From Elsinoe ampelina (lineage: Eukaryota), in assembly GCA_010093995.1 (NCBI GenBank), contig ML992515.1, positions 177,533 to 241,532 on the forward strand: a stretch of 64,000 nucleotides of DNA, given 5' to 3'. Positions 49,880 to 63,600 of the stretch are shown piece after piece. A program made the translations under genes and the position numbers. How positions within the stretch are numbered: position 1 is the first letter of the stretch; each line of letters opens with the position of its first letter. The notes beneath the pieces were generated by a model that saw nothing but the letters and a program-made list of their open reading frames with translations, ran no database searches and had not been told where the DNA came from.

Positions 49880-50357
49880 GGTGTCCTATCCGAGGTTTGG
49901 TTCCTCGATTGTCAATGCTGTCTCATGTTCACATGTACCCGTGTATCCGAGAGTTTAGAATGCTACTGTCATTTCGTAGACCTAAACCAATGCGCAGAAG
50001 TAATCAATCGAGATATGCTGTTGAATGTTCTTGTCGATCATCACATGCTATGACTGCGGTATATCGCTACGGTGACCCAGATCTCGCGTTTGTGGTCGAG
50101 CTTCGAAAGTTGGAGGCAGCTTTTTCTGTACTACCTCATCAATTCACAATCACAAGCGATTACGCCTCAGCTCAGAACTATCATCACTTAGAAGTCAAAA
50201 GCTCGGTTCAAATCCATCTCGCCCAGGACTGGTTACGAGTGTTCTTGGACTGGACGATGAAGTGCCGCCGGTGATTCGCCAATTCTCCCATAGGATCACA
50301 TCGATCAGCTGCAAGACCGCGGAGGTCGTCATCTAGGCGCAAGCTGCGCACGACAAG

Positions 50358-53300
50358 ATGGCTGCCACCAAGGCTCATACCAATGGCGTCAATGGCCATA
50401 GAGGCTCGCCCGAGCCGGGGCTCAAGGTCGCGCGCTTCTCCAACATCCCGCCGGCTATGGATATCCCTGTATCGAGCGGAGATGCGGAAGAGGCTGTCGA
50501 GGTCGATTTGGAAGACCTGATGGACGACCCGACGGAGTTGTGTACGTTGCTTGAGAACGAACGGGTTGCAAAAACATACTGGCTCACAATCGCACTTGCA
50601 TATGCGAAGCAGAAAAAGCTGGATCTTGCTATTGACATTCTGAATCGTGGTATGGCATCTTTGTCGCGGACAGATGACCGGCTATCAATGCTGTCCTGCT
50701 TGTGCTGGATCATACTATGGCAGTGTCGCGAAGCGCCCCGCCTAAAACCACATGACCAGAACGACGCGGAGGTTCGACTGAAGGACCACTTTGTTCAAGC
50801 AGCTACCGCGACGTTGAATGATGCATCGAGGATCAATCCGACTTATCCCCCTCTGTTCCTCGCTCGTGGTGTTCTCTACCTCCTTAGGGCTGCACTCCTC
50901 TCCACGAAGGCTGGTTTCGGTCCTAGGGCCCATGCAGAAAGAGCAGACATGCTACAACAGGCTACAAAGTGTTTCGAGGACGCGCTGCGTTCTTCTGGGG
51001 GTCGCAACATCATGGCAGTCATAGGGAAGGCTCGGACACTCTTCTCTCTTGGAAAGTATGCCGAATCCTACCTCGCGTACCAAAACGCTTTAGAACGCGC
51101 ACCAGACATGTACGAACCGGATCCAAGAATTGGTCTCGGATGTTGTCTGTGGCAGCTTGGGCACAAAGATGAAGCCAAAAACGCATGGCAAAGAGCATTG
51201 GAGGTTAACAGTGGTTCAAAGGTCGCAAACGTCCTTCTCGGATTGTACCACCTGGACGCCAGCTCAAAGTTCCACACCTCCGATCCCGAATTCAAGGATC
51301 ACTATCAAAAGGCCATGACACAGTACAATCAGACCGCGTTCAAGATGGACAACCGATTTCCCCTCACATGCGCTACTTTCGGCAACTACTTTCTCCTACG
51401 CAAGGCATGGCCAACTCTCGAAAAGCTTTCGCGACAAGCTATCGACTACACTGATGTCAATGCAATTGCTAGTGATGGTTGGTATCTGCTGGCTCGCAGA
51501 GCACATTACGAGGAGAATGTGGCCGAGGCAACCGACTTCTACAATCGTGCGGATCAGGCTCGTGGAGGTGACGAGAGAGGGTACCTGCCCGCCAAATTTG
51601 GCGCAGCTCAGCTCAAAGTTATCACCAATGATCTCGCGGGTGCGAAATTTCGACTTGAGAAGATCACATCTCAGTCCAAGAATGTGGAGGCGCTGACGCT
51701 TCTTGGCATTCTCTACGCTGAGGAATTCTTTTCCGAGCAGCATGCTGCTGTTAAAGAGGACAAGACTGCTGAAATGAGGAAAGCGATCAAGCTTCTTGAG
51801 GAAGTGCGAATGCAGTGGAAGGACAGCAAAAAGAAGCTTGCCCCTGATGCGAATGTACTCCTCAATCTTGCTCGCCTCTATGAGCACGAGGCGCCAGAGA
51901 AGAGCTTGCAATGTCTGCAACAGGTCGAACAGATGGAACTTGATCAAATCCCTGACGAAGAGCGACCGGATGATGCAGAAGACGAAGCTGCGGAACATGC
52001 GATACTACGAGAATCCCTACCACCCCAGCTGATCAACAATATTGCAGCTTTTCAATTTCAGTCCGAGCGATACCAACAAGCAAGAGAACTTTTCCAGAGC
52101 GCCTTGAACGGATGTGTCAAGATTGGCGATAAGGACGACGAAATTGACACCGATGCATTGGTCACCACAATTAGTTACAACTTGGCACGGACATACGAAG
52201 CCGAGGGAATGTTGGTAGAAGCTCGGAAAGTGTATGAAGGTCTACTTGATCGACATCCTTCATATGTCGATGCGCGGATTAGGCTGGCATATATTCTACT
52301 CCGACAAGACTCCGCCGAAGCAGGTCCGAAAGCTGTCAAGGAGCTCCTTGATGCTTACCCTTCCAACCTTGACGTCCGTGCTCTGTACGGGTGGTTCCTA
52401 CATCGATCCAAGAAGAGGACGCTGAATGTGGCCGAAGATCAAGAGCAAAGGCACTACAAGCACACTTTGCAGCAGTTCGACAAGCACGACAAGTACGCAT
52501 TGACCGGCATGGGCAACATCTTCCTGCAATCAGCGCGGGAGATGAGACGAGACACCGACCAGGATAAGGAGAAGCGCTCCAAGCAATACCAGCGTGCGGT
52601 CGAATTCTTCGACAAAGCATTGCAGCTAGATCCACAAAATGCTTACGCTGCTCAGGGACTTGGCATCGCCGTAGTAGAAGAGCGCAAAGATTTCAGTGGC
52701 GGTATCCAAGTCTTCAGCAAAGTCAAGGACAGCATCAAGGATGCCAGTGTCTTTATGAACCTTGGGCACGTCTTCTGCGAGTTGAAGCAATTCACCCGAG
52801 CTATCGAGAACTATGAGATCGCCTTGTCAAGAGACCGAGCCAACGATCCTCAAATGCTTTCTTGCCTCGGCCGTGTTTGGTACCTACGTGGTAAGCAGGA
52901 GAAGAGCTTATCAGCGTTAAAGACAGCACTGGATTACACCAAGAGCGCTGTGGAAGTCGCATCGGATCAGACGCACATGCAATTCAATGTGGCGTTCCTG
53001 CAAACTCAAATAGCATCAACGATCTATGCTCTGCCAGAGACCAGTCGAAGCGTGGTCGAAGTCGAGGCTGCGATGGCTGGACTCGAAGAGGCTATAGAAG
53101 CTCTACCAGAGATTGCCAAGGCACCCAACCCACCTTTCCCACGCAACGACATTGAGCAAAGAGCAAACATGGCCAGGAACACCATTCGAAAGCAGCTGGA
53201 GCGTGCTCTGACCAGTCAACGAGAATACGAGAATAAGAATGCCGCACGACTTGAAGAGGCACGGAAGGCTCGTGATGCTGAAAAGCAACGCAGGGAGCAG

Positions 53301-53927
53301 GAAAAGCAGCGCCTCTTACAGGAGGAAGAGGAGCGGAGGCAGAAGCTGCGAGAGGACAGAGAACGCATGATGGAAGACGACAGGAGGCTCGCAGAGACCA
53401 AAGCGGAAGAGGAACGACAGCGTGCGGAGGCGGAACTTACTACCGACGAAGAGACCGGAGAAAGACGGAAGCGCGAAAAGAAAAAGGGAGGCAAACGCAA
53501 GAAGAAGGGGGATGGTAGTGATATCGAGACGGATGGCTCCGAAGCAGAGCGGGGTAGGAAGAGTCGTGGACGGACGTCAAGCCTGACGCCAGCATCAGGT
53601 GATGAAGCAGAGAGGCCGAAGAAGAAGAAGCGAAGAAAGCTCGAAAGGAAGAGCACAAAGACCAACTCGAAATTCAAGAGTGCCGAGAAGATTGTCGACA
53701 GCGACAGCGAGGTTGATATTGCCCCAGCTGGAGATGGCAGATCGGGCTCCGAGGCGAGAGACACTTCACCTCCTGATGTTGAGATGGCTGATGGAGACGA
53801 TGTCACTCAGCGACGCAGGAACAAGCCCTCACGTGTCTTGGACGACGATGAGGAAGAGGACGAAGGGGGGATCAACGGCACCAATGGAGCAAATGGGACC
53901 GGGGCTGGTGAGAGCGATGATGAGTGA
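50358..53927 (+). CDS. CTR9: Paf1 complex TPR subunit
   Basis: DDPTELCTLLENE, PDPRIGLG, DPQNAYAAQGLGI, multiple TPRs, charged tail with SKFKSAEKIVDSDSE. Confidence 0.93.
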   Translation: MAATKAHTNGVNGHRGSPEPGLKVARFSNIPPAMDIPVSSGDAEEAVEVDLEDLMDDPTELCTLLENERVAKTYWLTIALAYAKQKKLDLAIDILNRGMASLSRTDDRLSMLSCLCWIILWQCREAPRLKPHDQNDAEVRLKDHFVQAATATLNDASRINPTYPPLFLARGVLYLLRAALLSTKAGFGPRAHAERADMLQQATKCFEDALRSSGGRNIMAVIGKARTLFSLGKYAESYLAYQNALERAPDMYEPDPRIGLGCCLWQLGHKDEAKNAWQRALEVNSGSKVANVLLGLYHLDASSKFHTSDPEFKDHYQKAMTQYNQTAFKMDNRFPLTCATFGNYFLLRKAWPTLEKLSRQAIDYTDVNAIASDGWYLLARRAHYEENVAEATDFYNRADQARGGDERGYLPAKFGAAQLKVITNDLAGAKFRLEKITSQSKNVEALTLLGILYAEEFFSEQHAAVKEDKTAEMRKAIKLLEEVRMQWKDSKKKLAPDANVLLNLARLYEHEAPEKSLQCLQQVEQMELDQIPDEERPDDAEDEAAEHAILRESLPPQLINNIAAFQFQSERYQQARELFQSALNGCVKIGDKDDEIDTDALVTTISYNLARTYEAEGMLVEARKVYEGLLDRHPSYVDARIRLAYILLRQDSAEAGPKAVKELLDAYPSNLDVRALYGWFLHRSKKRTLNVAEDQEQRHYKHTLQQFDKHDKYALTGMGNIFLQSAREMRRDTDQDKEKRSKQYQRAVEFFDKALQLDPQNAYAAQGLGIAVVEERKDFSGGIQVFSKVKDSIKDASVFMNLGHVFCELKQFTRAIENYEIALSRDRANDPQMLSCLGRVWYLRGKQEKSLSALKTALDYTKSAVEVASDQTHMQFNVAFLQTQIASTIYALPETSRSVVEVEAAMAGLEEAIEALPEIAKAPNPPFPRNDIEQRANMARNTIRKQLERALTSQREYENKNAARLEEARKARDAEKQRREQEKQRLLQEEEERRQKLREDRERMMEDDRRLAETKAEEERQRAEAELTTDEETGERRKREKKKGGKRKKKGDGSDIETDGSEAERGRKSRGRTSSLTPASGDEAERPKKKKRRKLERKSTKTNSKFKSAEKIVDSDSEVDIAPAGDGRSGSEARDTSPPDVEMADGDDVTQRRRNKPSRVLDDDEEEDEGGINGTNGANGTGAGESDDE

Positions 53928-54679
53928 GTGCATCACAGGAGACAATGATGGACCACCTGGAAGCAATACTCAGGGGCAATAATTATATGCGTCCTGCCGA
54001 CCTCGGACATGAGCATTGCATCAAGGCCTCTCACATCGCAGCATAGCTTGTCAGAACATGCTGCAGGTACTACAGGCACGCATTGACTTTCTGCGACATT
54101 CATGCAACCTTGTTCCTGGTGATGAAGAGGTTTGACTTCAACCAATCATGCACCGGTCATTATGCGGACGACCAATAGTCAGGCACACTCAACCTACACA
54201 GCAAGCTTTTGCGCTCAAATACGGATAGAATTTGCTCAGCTGCAGCTCATCAACTCTGCTCAAGAAGCTTAGCTCGTACGGCCCGCACCTATAGCTGCAT
54301 TATGGTTTATCGTTCACGCAGCTACTCAATCACCTCTACCACTCCGACATACCAGAGCTGATACCATTCAAACTTGTTGAGGACAACACGAGCTCATCAG
54401 TGGAACCATGGCTCCGGATTAGTATCAATGGTGGACACACCTGCTTCAGTAGCCCAATCAGATGCATCCACACCATCATTATCCTCTACTAATTCAACTA
54501 CCGGGCATGAAATTATTTCTAATAGCTTCCCTGGTAATGTATACTACCTTCAACGGACTCCTCCTACATCGGAGAGTGACAGCAAGGTTCCCTTATAGTA
54601 CCCCCCAGCTCGATGCGCACATGGCTTTCGTTTGTCTTTTGTTCTTCTTTCGTATCGTTTGTTGTCAATTTTGAGCAGT

Positions 54680-57600
54680 ATGGCACCCTCAGTGAGGGGT
54701 CTTGCCCTCCTCGCCCTGGTTGGCATCAATGTCGTTGATGTTGCAGCAGCACCTCGACGGTTGCGCGGTCTCTTGAAGGGACAAGCAAGCACGACAGATG
54801 ACTATGACGATTGGGAATACTACACGACTGAAGAGGTAGAAACCATTTATGAAACACTGACTATTAGTAGCAGGAGACCAAGAGTATCCTCTTCCGGTGG
54901 CGCCGGCGGTGGTACCAACAATCCCGCCACCATCTCAAGCACTCAGCCAATCACCACCATGATGACAACGAGGAAGATTGTGGTCAAGTCAACTCGGAAG
55001 CCAAAGTCCAAGAAGACTCGACCACCTCGTTCCGGGAGCACGACTGGAGGACCTGTGTCAACAATGACACAGCCAAGCTCGGCTGCTATGGAAAGCACCA
55101 CCTCGCCACAGACCTCAGCTGCGACCACATCCGGATCAGCCCCCATTTCACCTGTCGTGCAGCCTCCGTCTTCTTCTAAACCTCAGTCCTTGACCTTGTC
55201 CAGTGCCACGGCGAGCAGGTCAGCGACCGCCGATCGGGGATCCACAACCAGCTCATCAACAACCAGCTCGCTTCAGCCTGTCTCTCCTGTAATCTTGCCA
55301 GGGTCTACAACAGCTACTACAGGACCAGCAGTCTCCAGCTCTTCAGTCCTGACCAGTCAAGCAAGCAGCCCCACAGAACCAGCCTTGACGACCGCCACTC
55401 AGGCGTCCCCGAATCCTTCAAGCATCCAGTCTTCGGCACCTGAGTACAGCAAAAGCAAATATCCAGGCTCGCGCCGTTCATCAAAAACACCGGTCGTCAT
55501 TCTCTCCCGGACTGCGACTACAAGCGAGGGTGCACTTCCGTCCTATGCTCCCAAGGATGTCACATGTCCCAAGGACGACGGTAGCATCTATACGGTTGCC
55601 GGAGGCCGACAATATGTCATCGAATGTGGCGTCGACCATGCAGGTGGCAATATTGGAATGGTCTACGTCAACAGCTTCCAGCAATGTATCGAAAGCTGTG
55701 GTGCCAACCCACGCTGCGTGACTGTCTCATTGTCAGGAGCTGCATGTTATATGAAAGGGAACGTCGGCGCCGCTGGCGAGAACCCTGTCTGGGGTGCTCG
55801 AGAGGTGAATGCTCAGGACGCATCTTCCATCGAGAACAGACCTACTACTTCAGCTGCTTCTTCTGGCACAAAGCCCACATCACCACCAGGTCCAGCCGCT
55901 ACGAAATCTTGCAAGGATGTGGGTAGCTCTTTCGACGATGCCACTACGGGCCGGAAGTACACTGTGGCCTGTTCGTCAGATGTTCCAGGTCAAGGAGACT
56001 TTGCTGCCAAGTACTCGCCGTCCTTCGAAGGCTGCTTTGCAGTCTGCGGCGCCGAATCAAGCTGTACCGCCTTCTCCTACTTTGGAGGTGTATGCTACCT
56101 GAAGTCCCTCAAGGGTGGTGACTTCAATATCGTCTCACCGTCAGGGGCTGATTTGGCATATATCGGTACAGCAGCACCGCCTGCTCCCAGCCAATCTGCC
56201 GGAGCTACATGTCGGTCCTTGCAAAGCAGTTACACCAGCACCGCCAACCGGAAATATACTGTCAAGTGTGGTAAGGACGAGATGGGATACAGTGATATCG
56301 GGAATGCCTTCTCTCGGACCTTCTCGGGTTGTTTCGATCTGTGTGACAAGTTCGACAAGTGCGTTGGATTCGCATATGCCGCTCAGACCTGTTACTTCAA
56401 GAAGGCTATCGGTAAAATGAATGATAACTATAACGTGGACCTAGCCTTCCTATCGGATGCATCCACAGGTGATAAAACTTCCAGATCCAAGCGCCCCCAC
56501 CGGACTAGCACTGCCGACGACTCGACAACGAGCCCAATGCCAGGTTCTTGCAGGTCTCTTCGAGCAAAAGGTCCAACCTACCAACAGAGTGGTGGACCCC
56601 TCTACGAGCTTTACTGCATGGTGGATGTCTATGGCGGGGACTATGACACTCGTCAAGCAGATACCTACGAGGGGTGCTTCGATGTGTGCACGAGGGATGA
56701 GCCTTGTGTGGCGTTTGCATACCGCAAGGATTCGAAGACATGCTATCTGAAAGACGAAGTCAACGAAGGCAGAGCTCATAATGGCGTTGACTCCGCCGTC
56801 ATACAAGGCTTGAAACCTCGCTTTGTACCCTCTGCTAGCGTCCCGAGTACTACCATGTTCAGCACCGGATCTCAGAGTGGCGGCTCATCTTCAATGACGC
56901 TGCCGTCACCATCGATGTCGGACATTTCTAGCAGTGTCTCTGTCAGCGGTTCGTCTTCTTCGCAAGGATCGGCTACGTCAACTATCAGCTCAGCTACCTC
57001 ATCCTTGCCGTCGACTATCTCAGAAGCTTCATCATCCGTCACATCTTCGAGCAGCCAGTCCTCAACGACGAGCGATACATCCAGCGCCGCATCACCCACT
57101 GCCAGCATAGGAGATCGAGGCTGCGACGAGCTCGCACCTACGTACACTGCCAGTGGTTTAACATATGCCATCTCCTGTAACACCGACTACTTTGATAGCG
57201 ACTACCGTAACCAAAGGACAGACTCTTTCGAAGACTGCATCGCCCTCTGTACTGCAGATCAAGAGTGTTTGGCGTTCTCATACCATGAAGAGTCAGATAT
57301 CTGCTACTTGAAGAACAAAGCTCAGCGATTCTATGAGCATGCTGCAGTCAACAGTGGTGCCATCATCCGAGGCAGGGGTTCTGGTTCTTCCAGCAGTGTT
57401 TCAAGCGGCTCTAGTAGCCAGATATCGTCGTCGTCACTGTCTACTGGCTCACAATCATCTAATTCATTCTCGGGATCATCATCTGGTACGGTCAGCGCCA
57501 GCGTCAGTTCCAGCAATTCGGGATCAGCCTCATCCCCAACTATTTCAACAACGACATCCAACCAAGGATCCTCTTCGATAAGCTCGTCACCAAGCGCAGG

Positions 57601-60600
57601 CAGCTCAGGTGTAACGACTTCCATCTCAAGCACTATCTCCATTAGATCATCAGCGGATCAGGGTGTCTCAACCACAACAGGATCTTCATTCTCAACGCGG
57701 TCCTCGACAAGCACTATCTCTGCTTCGGCTACCCCAACCACAGGGCTTTGCCAGGGGCCTGACGGGAAATCGCGGGACGAGACTATATTTCAGGCCTTTG
57801 GAAGCACATTCAGGGTTCACTGTGGCAAGGACATCTCTGGTATCTTCTATTCTGTCGGAGCGGTCACGTCTCTTGAGCAATGCGCTCAAATTTGCTCAGG
57901 CAGACCTGGCTGCCAAGGTGCATCGTTCATACGGGTGAACAAAGCTTGCCACATACATACCTACCAAGGCAGCAATCTGGTGCCGATGGCTGACTTCGAT
58001 TGCGTCACTCTTGAGGCGGACGACACAGGAAGCTCAACAACTGGTAGTAAGAGCACAGGCACATCTTCGTCAAACGGTGGGGTCTCTTCAAGCAAGTCAC
58101 CTGCTCCATCGTCCCCGTCTCAGAGTCAATCTGTTACTACTATGGGAGCTTCGTCGTCGCAGTCCTCTCTGAAGAGCTCAAGATCGTCCGCTACAAGCAA
58201 TGTCAGCGGCACTAGCTCTAGTGGTGTCACATCTTCGAGTGAAACGCAGGAAAGCACAGCCACATCTTCTGTCCCGGACTCTACTGCAACGAGCTCTGGC
58301 ACTAGAGGCTCGTCTTCCATCTCCACGATTGGCTCAACAGCCTCGTCCTCTGGATCATCCTCACGCACATCTAAATTGAGCGGCCCGACAAGCTCGACTT
58401 CGGCTGGTCTGTCATCCGGCAGCGTAGAATCATCATCGACCTCCTCTGGATCTTCAACTAGTTCCGGTTCTGCTTCGCCTCCTGTTGTAAGACCCGGATC
58501 CACAAGCTCTTCCCTCACGCAAGGCGGCCCAAGCGCCACGGCCTCTGTCTCCAGTACTGTCTCCAATAGCGCAACGTCCGATCGGAGCACTTCCACAAGC
58601 CGCCAATCATCCTTGAGTTCCGATGGATCGTCGAGCAATTCACTTGGAAGCTCTTCTGGAATGCAGAGCCAGTCTGTCACCAGCCGAGTAAGCTCATCCT
58701 CTCCCACAAGCTCAACAGGGTCGAAGTCTTTTGGAACGAGTGCGAGTGCGACCATGAGCACCGAGAGTCTTTCGTCATCAAATTACCAGGGCACAAGCTC
58801 TTCGAAGTCTTTTTCGTCATCGGGCTCTAAAGGTTCGCCATCTACTACGAAAGACTCGTCCTCGGGGACCTCCACCATTTCTGCAACTTCTCCCAGCGGG
58901 TCTTCCTCCAGCTCCTCCAGGTCCAAATCGAGTGGCAGCATGAGTACGAGCTCAATCACTTCGCAGTCCCGCGGTACGAGTTCACCTGCGACCCCATCTG
59001 GAACAACCACTAGCTTTGGCTCGGCCTCTGCGCCTGTGGTCAGACCTGGTTCAACAAGCTCTTCGTCAACATCAGCCTCGGAAGAATCTTCGTCCGGGAC
59101 GGGGTCCTCCTCAAGCAAGAGCGTGATCTCGACAAAGAGCAACACTAGCGCGTCAAGCGGCTCTGCTAGTCAGACCGTCATTTCAGGCCAAGGTACCTCT
59201 AGTCAGAAGACCACATTCGGCGGAAGTACAACCACTGGAAAAAGCTTGGCTGGAAGCAGTACATCTTCAGAGCGTACTTCAAAGTCCTCGATTAGCAAGA
59301 GCCTGTCGATTCAAGGACCCACGACGACTAAAGAAGCGACTACAAGCAAGTCTGTTGGCTTCACAACCTCGGATCAAAGCAGTAGAAGCGCATCTCAAGC
59401 GGCGTCATCATCTGGTACTCCAAGCAGCGCAACGACGAAGGGCACAACTTCGAAGAGCAGTGGTGCTTCTTCCAAGACAAGTATTCTGACACCATCTTCA
59501 GCGAACAGTAGATCCTCATCTACATCTCAATTGAGTCTCACGAGTCCAAGTGGGACCTCGCAATCCGCCACAAAGACCAGCAGCTCTGTTTCTTACTCAT
59601 CGGGCCGCTCGGGCAGTCAAAGTACAGAATCAAGCACAGCGACAGGCTCTATCACAATGTTGTCACAGTCAAAGACAACCGTACAACCATCACCGACACC
59701 GACTTCGACTCCATCGTCCAGTCAATGCTCACAGCTTGCTGCGAAGGACGGTGGGGTATACAAGAAGGACGCAGATTCGCCATCGTATCGTCTAGCTTGC
59801 TCGGAGGCTCCTGTTGGCTCACCATTCCTAACAACGTCTGAGGATAGCTTCACGGATTGTGTGGACCGCTGTTCTAGTAACCTTCGCTGTAATGGCCTCG
59901 ACTACAGGAGTGAGACTGAGATGTGCTCATTGTTCAACTCAGTTGGTCAGACGACTGCGAACCCGGATTCGGATTCAGCGGTCCTACTCACCAGACCGGG
60001 TATGAACTTCCCGTCTTCATCGACCAAGGTCAGCTCTTCGACAGCTTCGGCGTCTTCTAGAACGAGTTCGGGCACCTTTTCGAGCAAGTCTGGTAGTGGT
60101 TCCACTTCATCCAAATCCTCGATTCAGAGTACAAGGAGCACTTTCACAAGCTCGGCCCAATCTAGTGCACGTTCCAGCACTGCCATGACCATTAGTTCCT
60201 CCTCCAGCAGTAGATCAAAATCCATCATGAGCTCACCAACCTCACTGACCAGCAAGACTGGATCGTCTCAGTCTTCCTCTTCGGCCGGACCCTCATCTTC
60301 GGCAACTGGAAGAAGTAGCCAAAGCCCAGTGACGAGCACTATCAAATCAGGTGGCACCTCTTCTGGTACCAGTTCAGGTGCCGTCTCATCGTCGAAGACC
60401 CTAAACTTGAGTAACTCAGCTACTTCGGATGCCATGTCGACAAAGTCAATCCCAAGCACGACTCAGGGCGGGACCGTGATCGGCGCGACGTCGGGCGGAG
60501 TATTGTCCTCTACTACAGTAATTTCGAGCTCAAAGACTACACAGCAGACAACCTCAGTGACTGGAACGTCTCAATCCACTTCGGAAGCCGTGAGCAGGCC

Positions 60601-63600
60601 AAGTACTTCAAGCACGACGCGTGGTCAACAATCATCTGGCTCCAGCAAATCCACAATGTCCAGTCAAACAACCTTGGCCAGTTCGTCCTCGCCATCTAAG
60701 TTCAGCTTAACCACAACCAGAGCGACCGTCACTAGCACTGGCAGTTCTCAGACTGGTGTTCCTACCTTCACTTCCTTGAAGAGTACCGTATCGTCAAGTT
60801 CAATGTCAAAGCCGATTGGGCAGTCTTCAAGCACTCCGAACCGAAATACTGGCCAATCGAGCTTCTCTTCGACTACTGGTAGCAGGTCTGCCTTCGCAAC
60901 GACAAAAGTTGGTATCTCCTCAAGCGGAAGTTCAGATACTTCCACGTCCAAGTTCAGTCCCGTGTCAAGTGTAGGCACCTCCAAGACAACGGCCTCGTCT
61001 TCTCTTCCAACTGGGACGATGCAGCCATCTGGATCCAGCATATCAAGCTCTAGCGTGAGCGGATCTGCCAGCAAATTATCGTCAATGACGTCCAGGTCAT
61101 CATCCCGAACAACGTCCACGACAGCAGGTCCTATCTCCCCTGGTGTCCAATTCCCATCTGGCACGACTTCCTCTCAATCACCCAGTTCTACTTCAACTGC
61201 CACTGACTGTGCCACTTTGGCGAAAGACTACAGCGGTATCTACCAGAATGGTGACACCGCTTATTCATTGGAGTGTGGTCTGAAGTACACAGGCACAGAA
61301 ATCGGCAGAGCTGATGCCAAGGACTACAAGCAATGCATCCAGGCCTGCAAAGCTCTGAAGGATGAATGCCAAGGCTTCTCTTTCTATAGACCTGAAGGCT
61401 ATTGCACTTTCTACAAAAGCATCTCTGGGAGCTCGCGAGATTCCAACTACGACAGTGCTCGGCAGGTCAAGAGTTCGTCGTCCACAGCCACCTCAACTGA
61501 ACTGTCTGCAAGCTCGAGTCAAAGCAGGGCATCGAAGACGTCAAGCCGGATCTCCTCGGATGCATCCTCATCAGGACTGACCACCTCATTTCGGACAAAC
61601 AGTGGAGGGCAAGCATCGACCGTCAAGAGTAGCACCTCTCTAATGTCTAGCCCAGCCATCGCCTCGCAGACAACGTCCTTCAAGAGCAGTATATCTGTAT
61701 CAAGCTCCGCGAGCAAAAGTAGCTCGTTGTCAACTGGAATATCCAAGTCGTCGACTAGCTCTCCAGCAAGTCCGCCTAGCACGACTAGACAAGCAGCGAC
61801 TTCTGGTACTGGGTCTACTGGTAGTCCGTCTCAGATTCTTCAACCGACAACTCGGCAGACCTCCGCTTCCACAAGCGTGCAAGCAACGACCTCAGCATCT
61901 ACCCCAAAACAAAGCTCCAGCTCTTCCAGCCAATCTCGTCTGACCAGTAGTTCTTCAAGCGGCATCGGTGGGGACAGTAGCTCCACTCGAGGCTCAACCA
62001 TGACTGCTGCTTCAACGAAGACCACGACGTCATCAACTTTGGCTTCAAGTATGTCAAGCAGTACTAGTCCATCTGCAGGTTCTTGTAGATCTCTGGGCTC
62101 TGATGGCTACTATTACACAACCAAGACCAAGTATGACTTGAATTGTGGCGAAAAGCTCACAGGGGCGGTGGTTGCTATTCAGGTAGCTCACGACCTTCAA
62201 AGTTGTATTGGGATCTGTGACCGATATGGCACTGTTTGCGTTGCACTAAACTTCGAAAGAGCCACGGGAAGGTGCACAGTCCTCTCCTCGACCTCTGGGA
62301 GCTTGCCCTCCGATGATAACGACAGTGCCGAGGTAGTCGAGCGTGGTGTATACAGCACTTCTGCTCAGACAGCGACTTCAACTTCCGGTGGATCTTCTAA
62401 GCAGGACTCAAGCTTCTCCAAGACTCCATCCACGACAGGTACGACTGCCTCAAGGACGAGCCAGTCAGATATCAGGAGTGCTGCTTCTTCTACCAAGTCA
62501 ACTTCCTCCAGTGAGAAGCCCTCTACCGCAAGTACCCGCAGCAGCGCACCTTCAGGTAGCGCTTCAACCGCCAAAGTCACTTCAGCTTCTCAGTCGACAG
62601 TCTCATTCTCGAAGACATTCGGCACAATCGCATCTAGCTCGACCATCTCCTCAAGGAGTTCTACGGCAGGCCCGACCTCAAGTGCAGGCACGCCTCCCTC
62701 CTCGGCCACCAGCCAGGCTCCCGGCGTACCATCAACATCGTCGTCCTCCAAAGGCACAAGTCAAGCGAGCCAATTCTCGACTTCGCAGACTAGCAAATCT
62801 GGCGCTCCAAGCACGACCTCGTTGGCAACAACGCAGACTACTAGTAGCTCAAAGGCCACTTCATCTGAGAAGAGTACGACTCCATCGACGTCAAGAGTTT
62901 CATCCTCTTCAAACAAGCAGGAGACGTCATCTTTGAATTCGAGGTCTACATCGACCACGGCAGGACCGGTCTCGCCCGGACAGCAATTCCCGTCAACAAT
63001 GACGACTGGCTCGCAGTCGCGGTCAAGCTCAAGTAGAGAGACATCTAGCAGTGGTGCTTCCACCACTCGTTTCGGAACCACTTCCTCTGCTACCACGACC
63101 GAGTCAAAATCCATGACTAGGTCAGGCAGCTCGTCCAGTTTAGAACAGTCGATAAGCATCAGAACCTCTGCGAGGACCAGCAGTGCAAGTGGCTCTCCTT
63201 CCAAGTCCACCTCCTCTGCCCCTACCTCGACGGCATCTACCAGACCCATCAGCACAGCACCTGCATCCTCATCAAGCCCAGCGGCGGGTACTGTCAGAAC
63301 TACTAGCACCACGCAAGGTCCTACCACCGGAGGTCCATCGGGTACCGTGCCTGCGAGCAGTTCGAGCAGTAGCTTGGCTACGAAGTCAACTGCCTCGTCG
63401 AGTTCAGCAAACCCAAGTAGCAAAACGTCGACCGTTTTCTCTACCAAAGCATCAACGCCGATAGGGCTCACTACCTCTGCCTCGTCAAGTCGCACTTCGC
63501 TCTCCGAGTCGACTGGCTTCAAAGGCTCGACGACTGCAGGCCCAAACGGCCCGGGTACGAGTAGCAGGACTACTACCGGTCAGACAAGTCCGAGCTCAAC

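Noticed and set aside
50205..50215. GGTTCAAATCC B-box/T-loop-like sequence
   Set aside because: No T-stem or cloverleaf forms, so it is not a tRNA. An isolated B-box cannot be supported.
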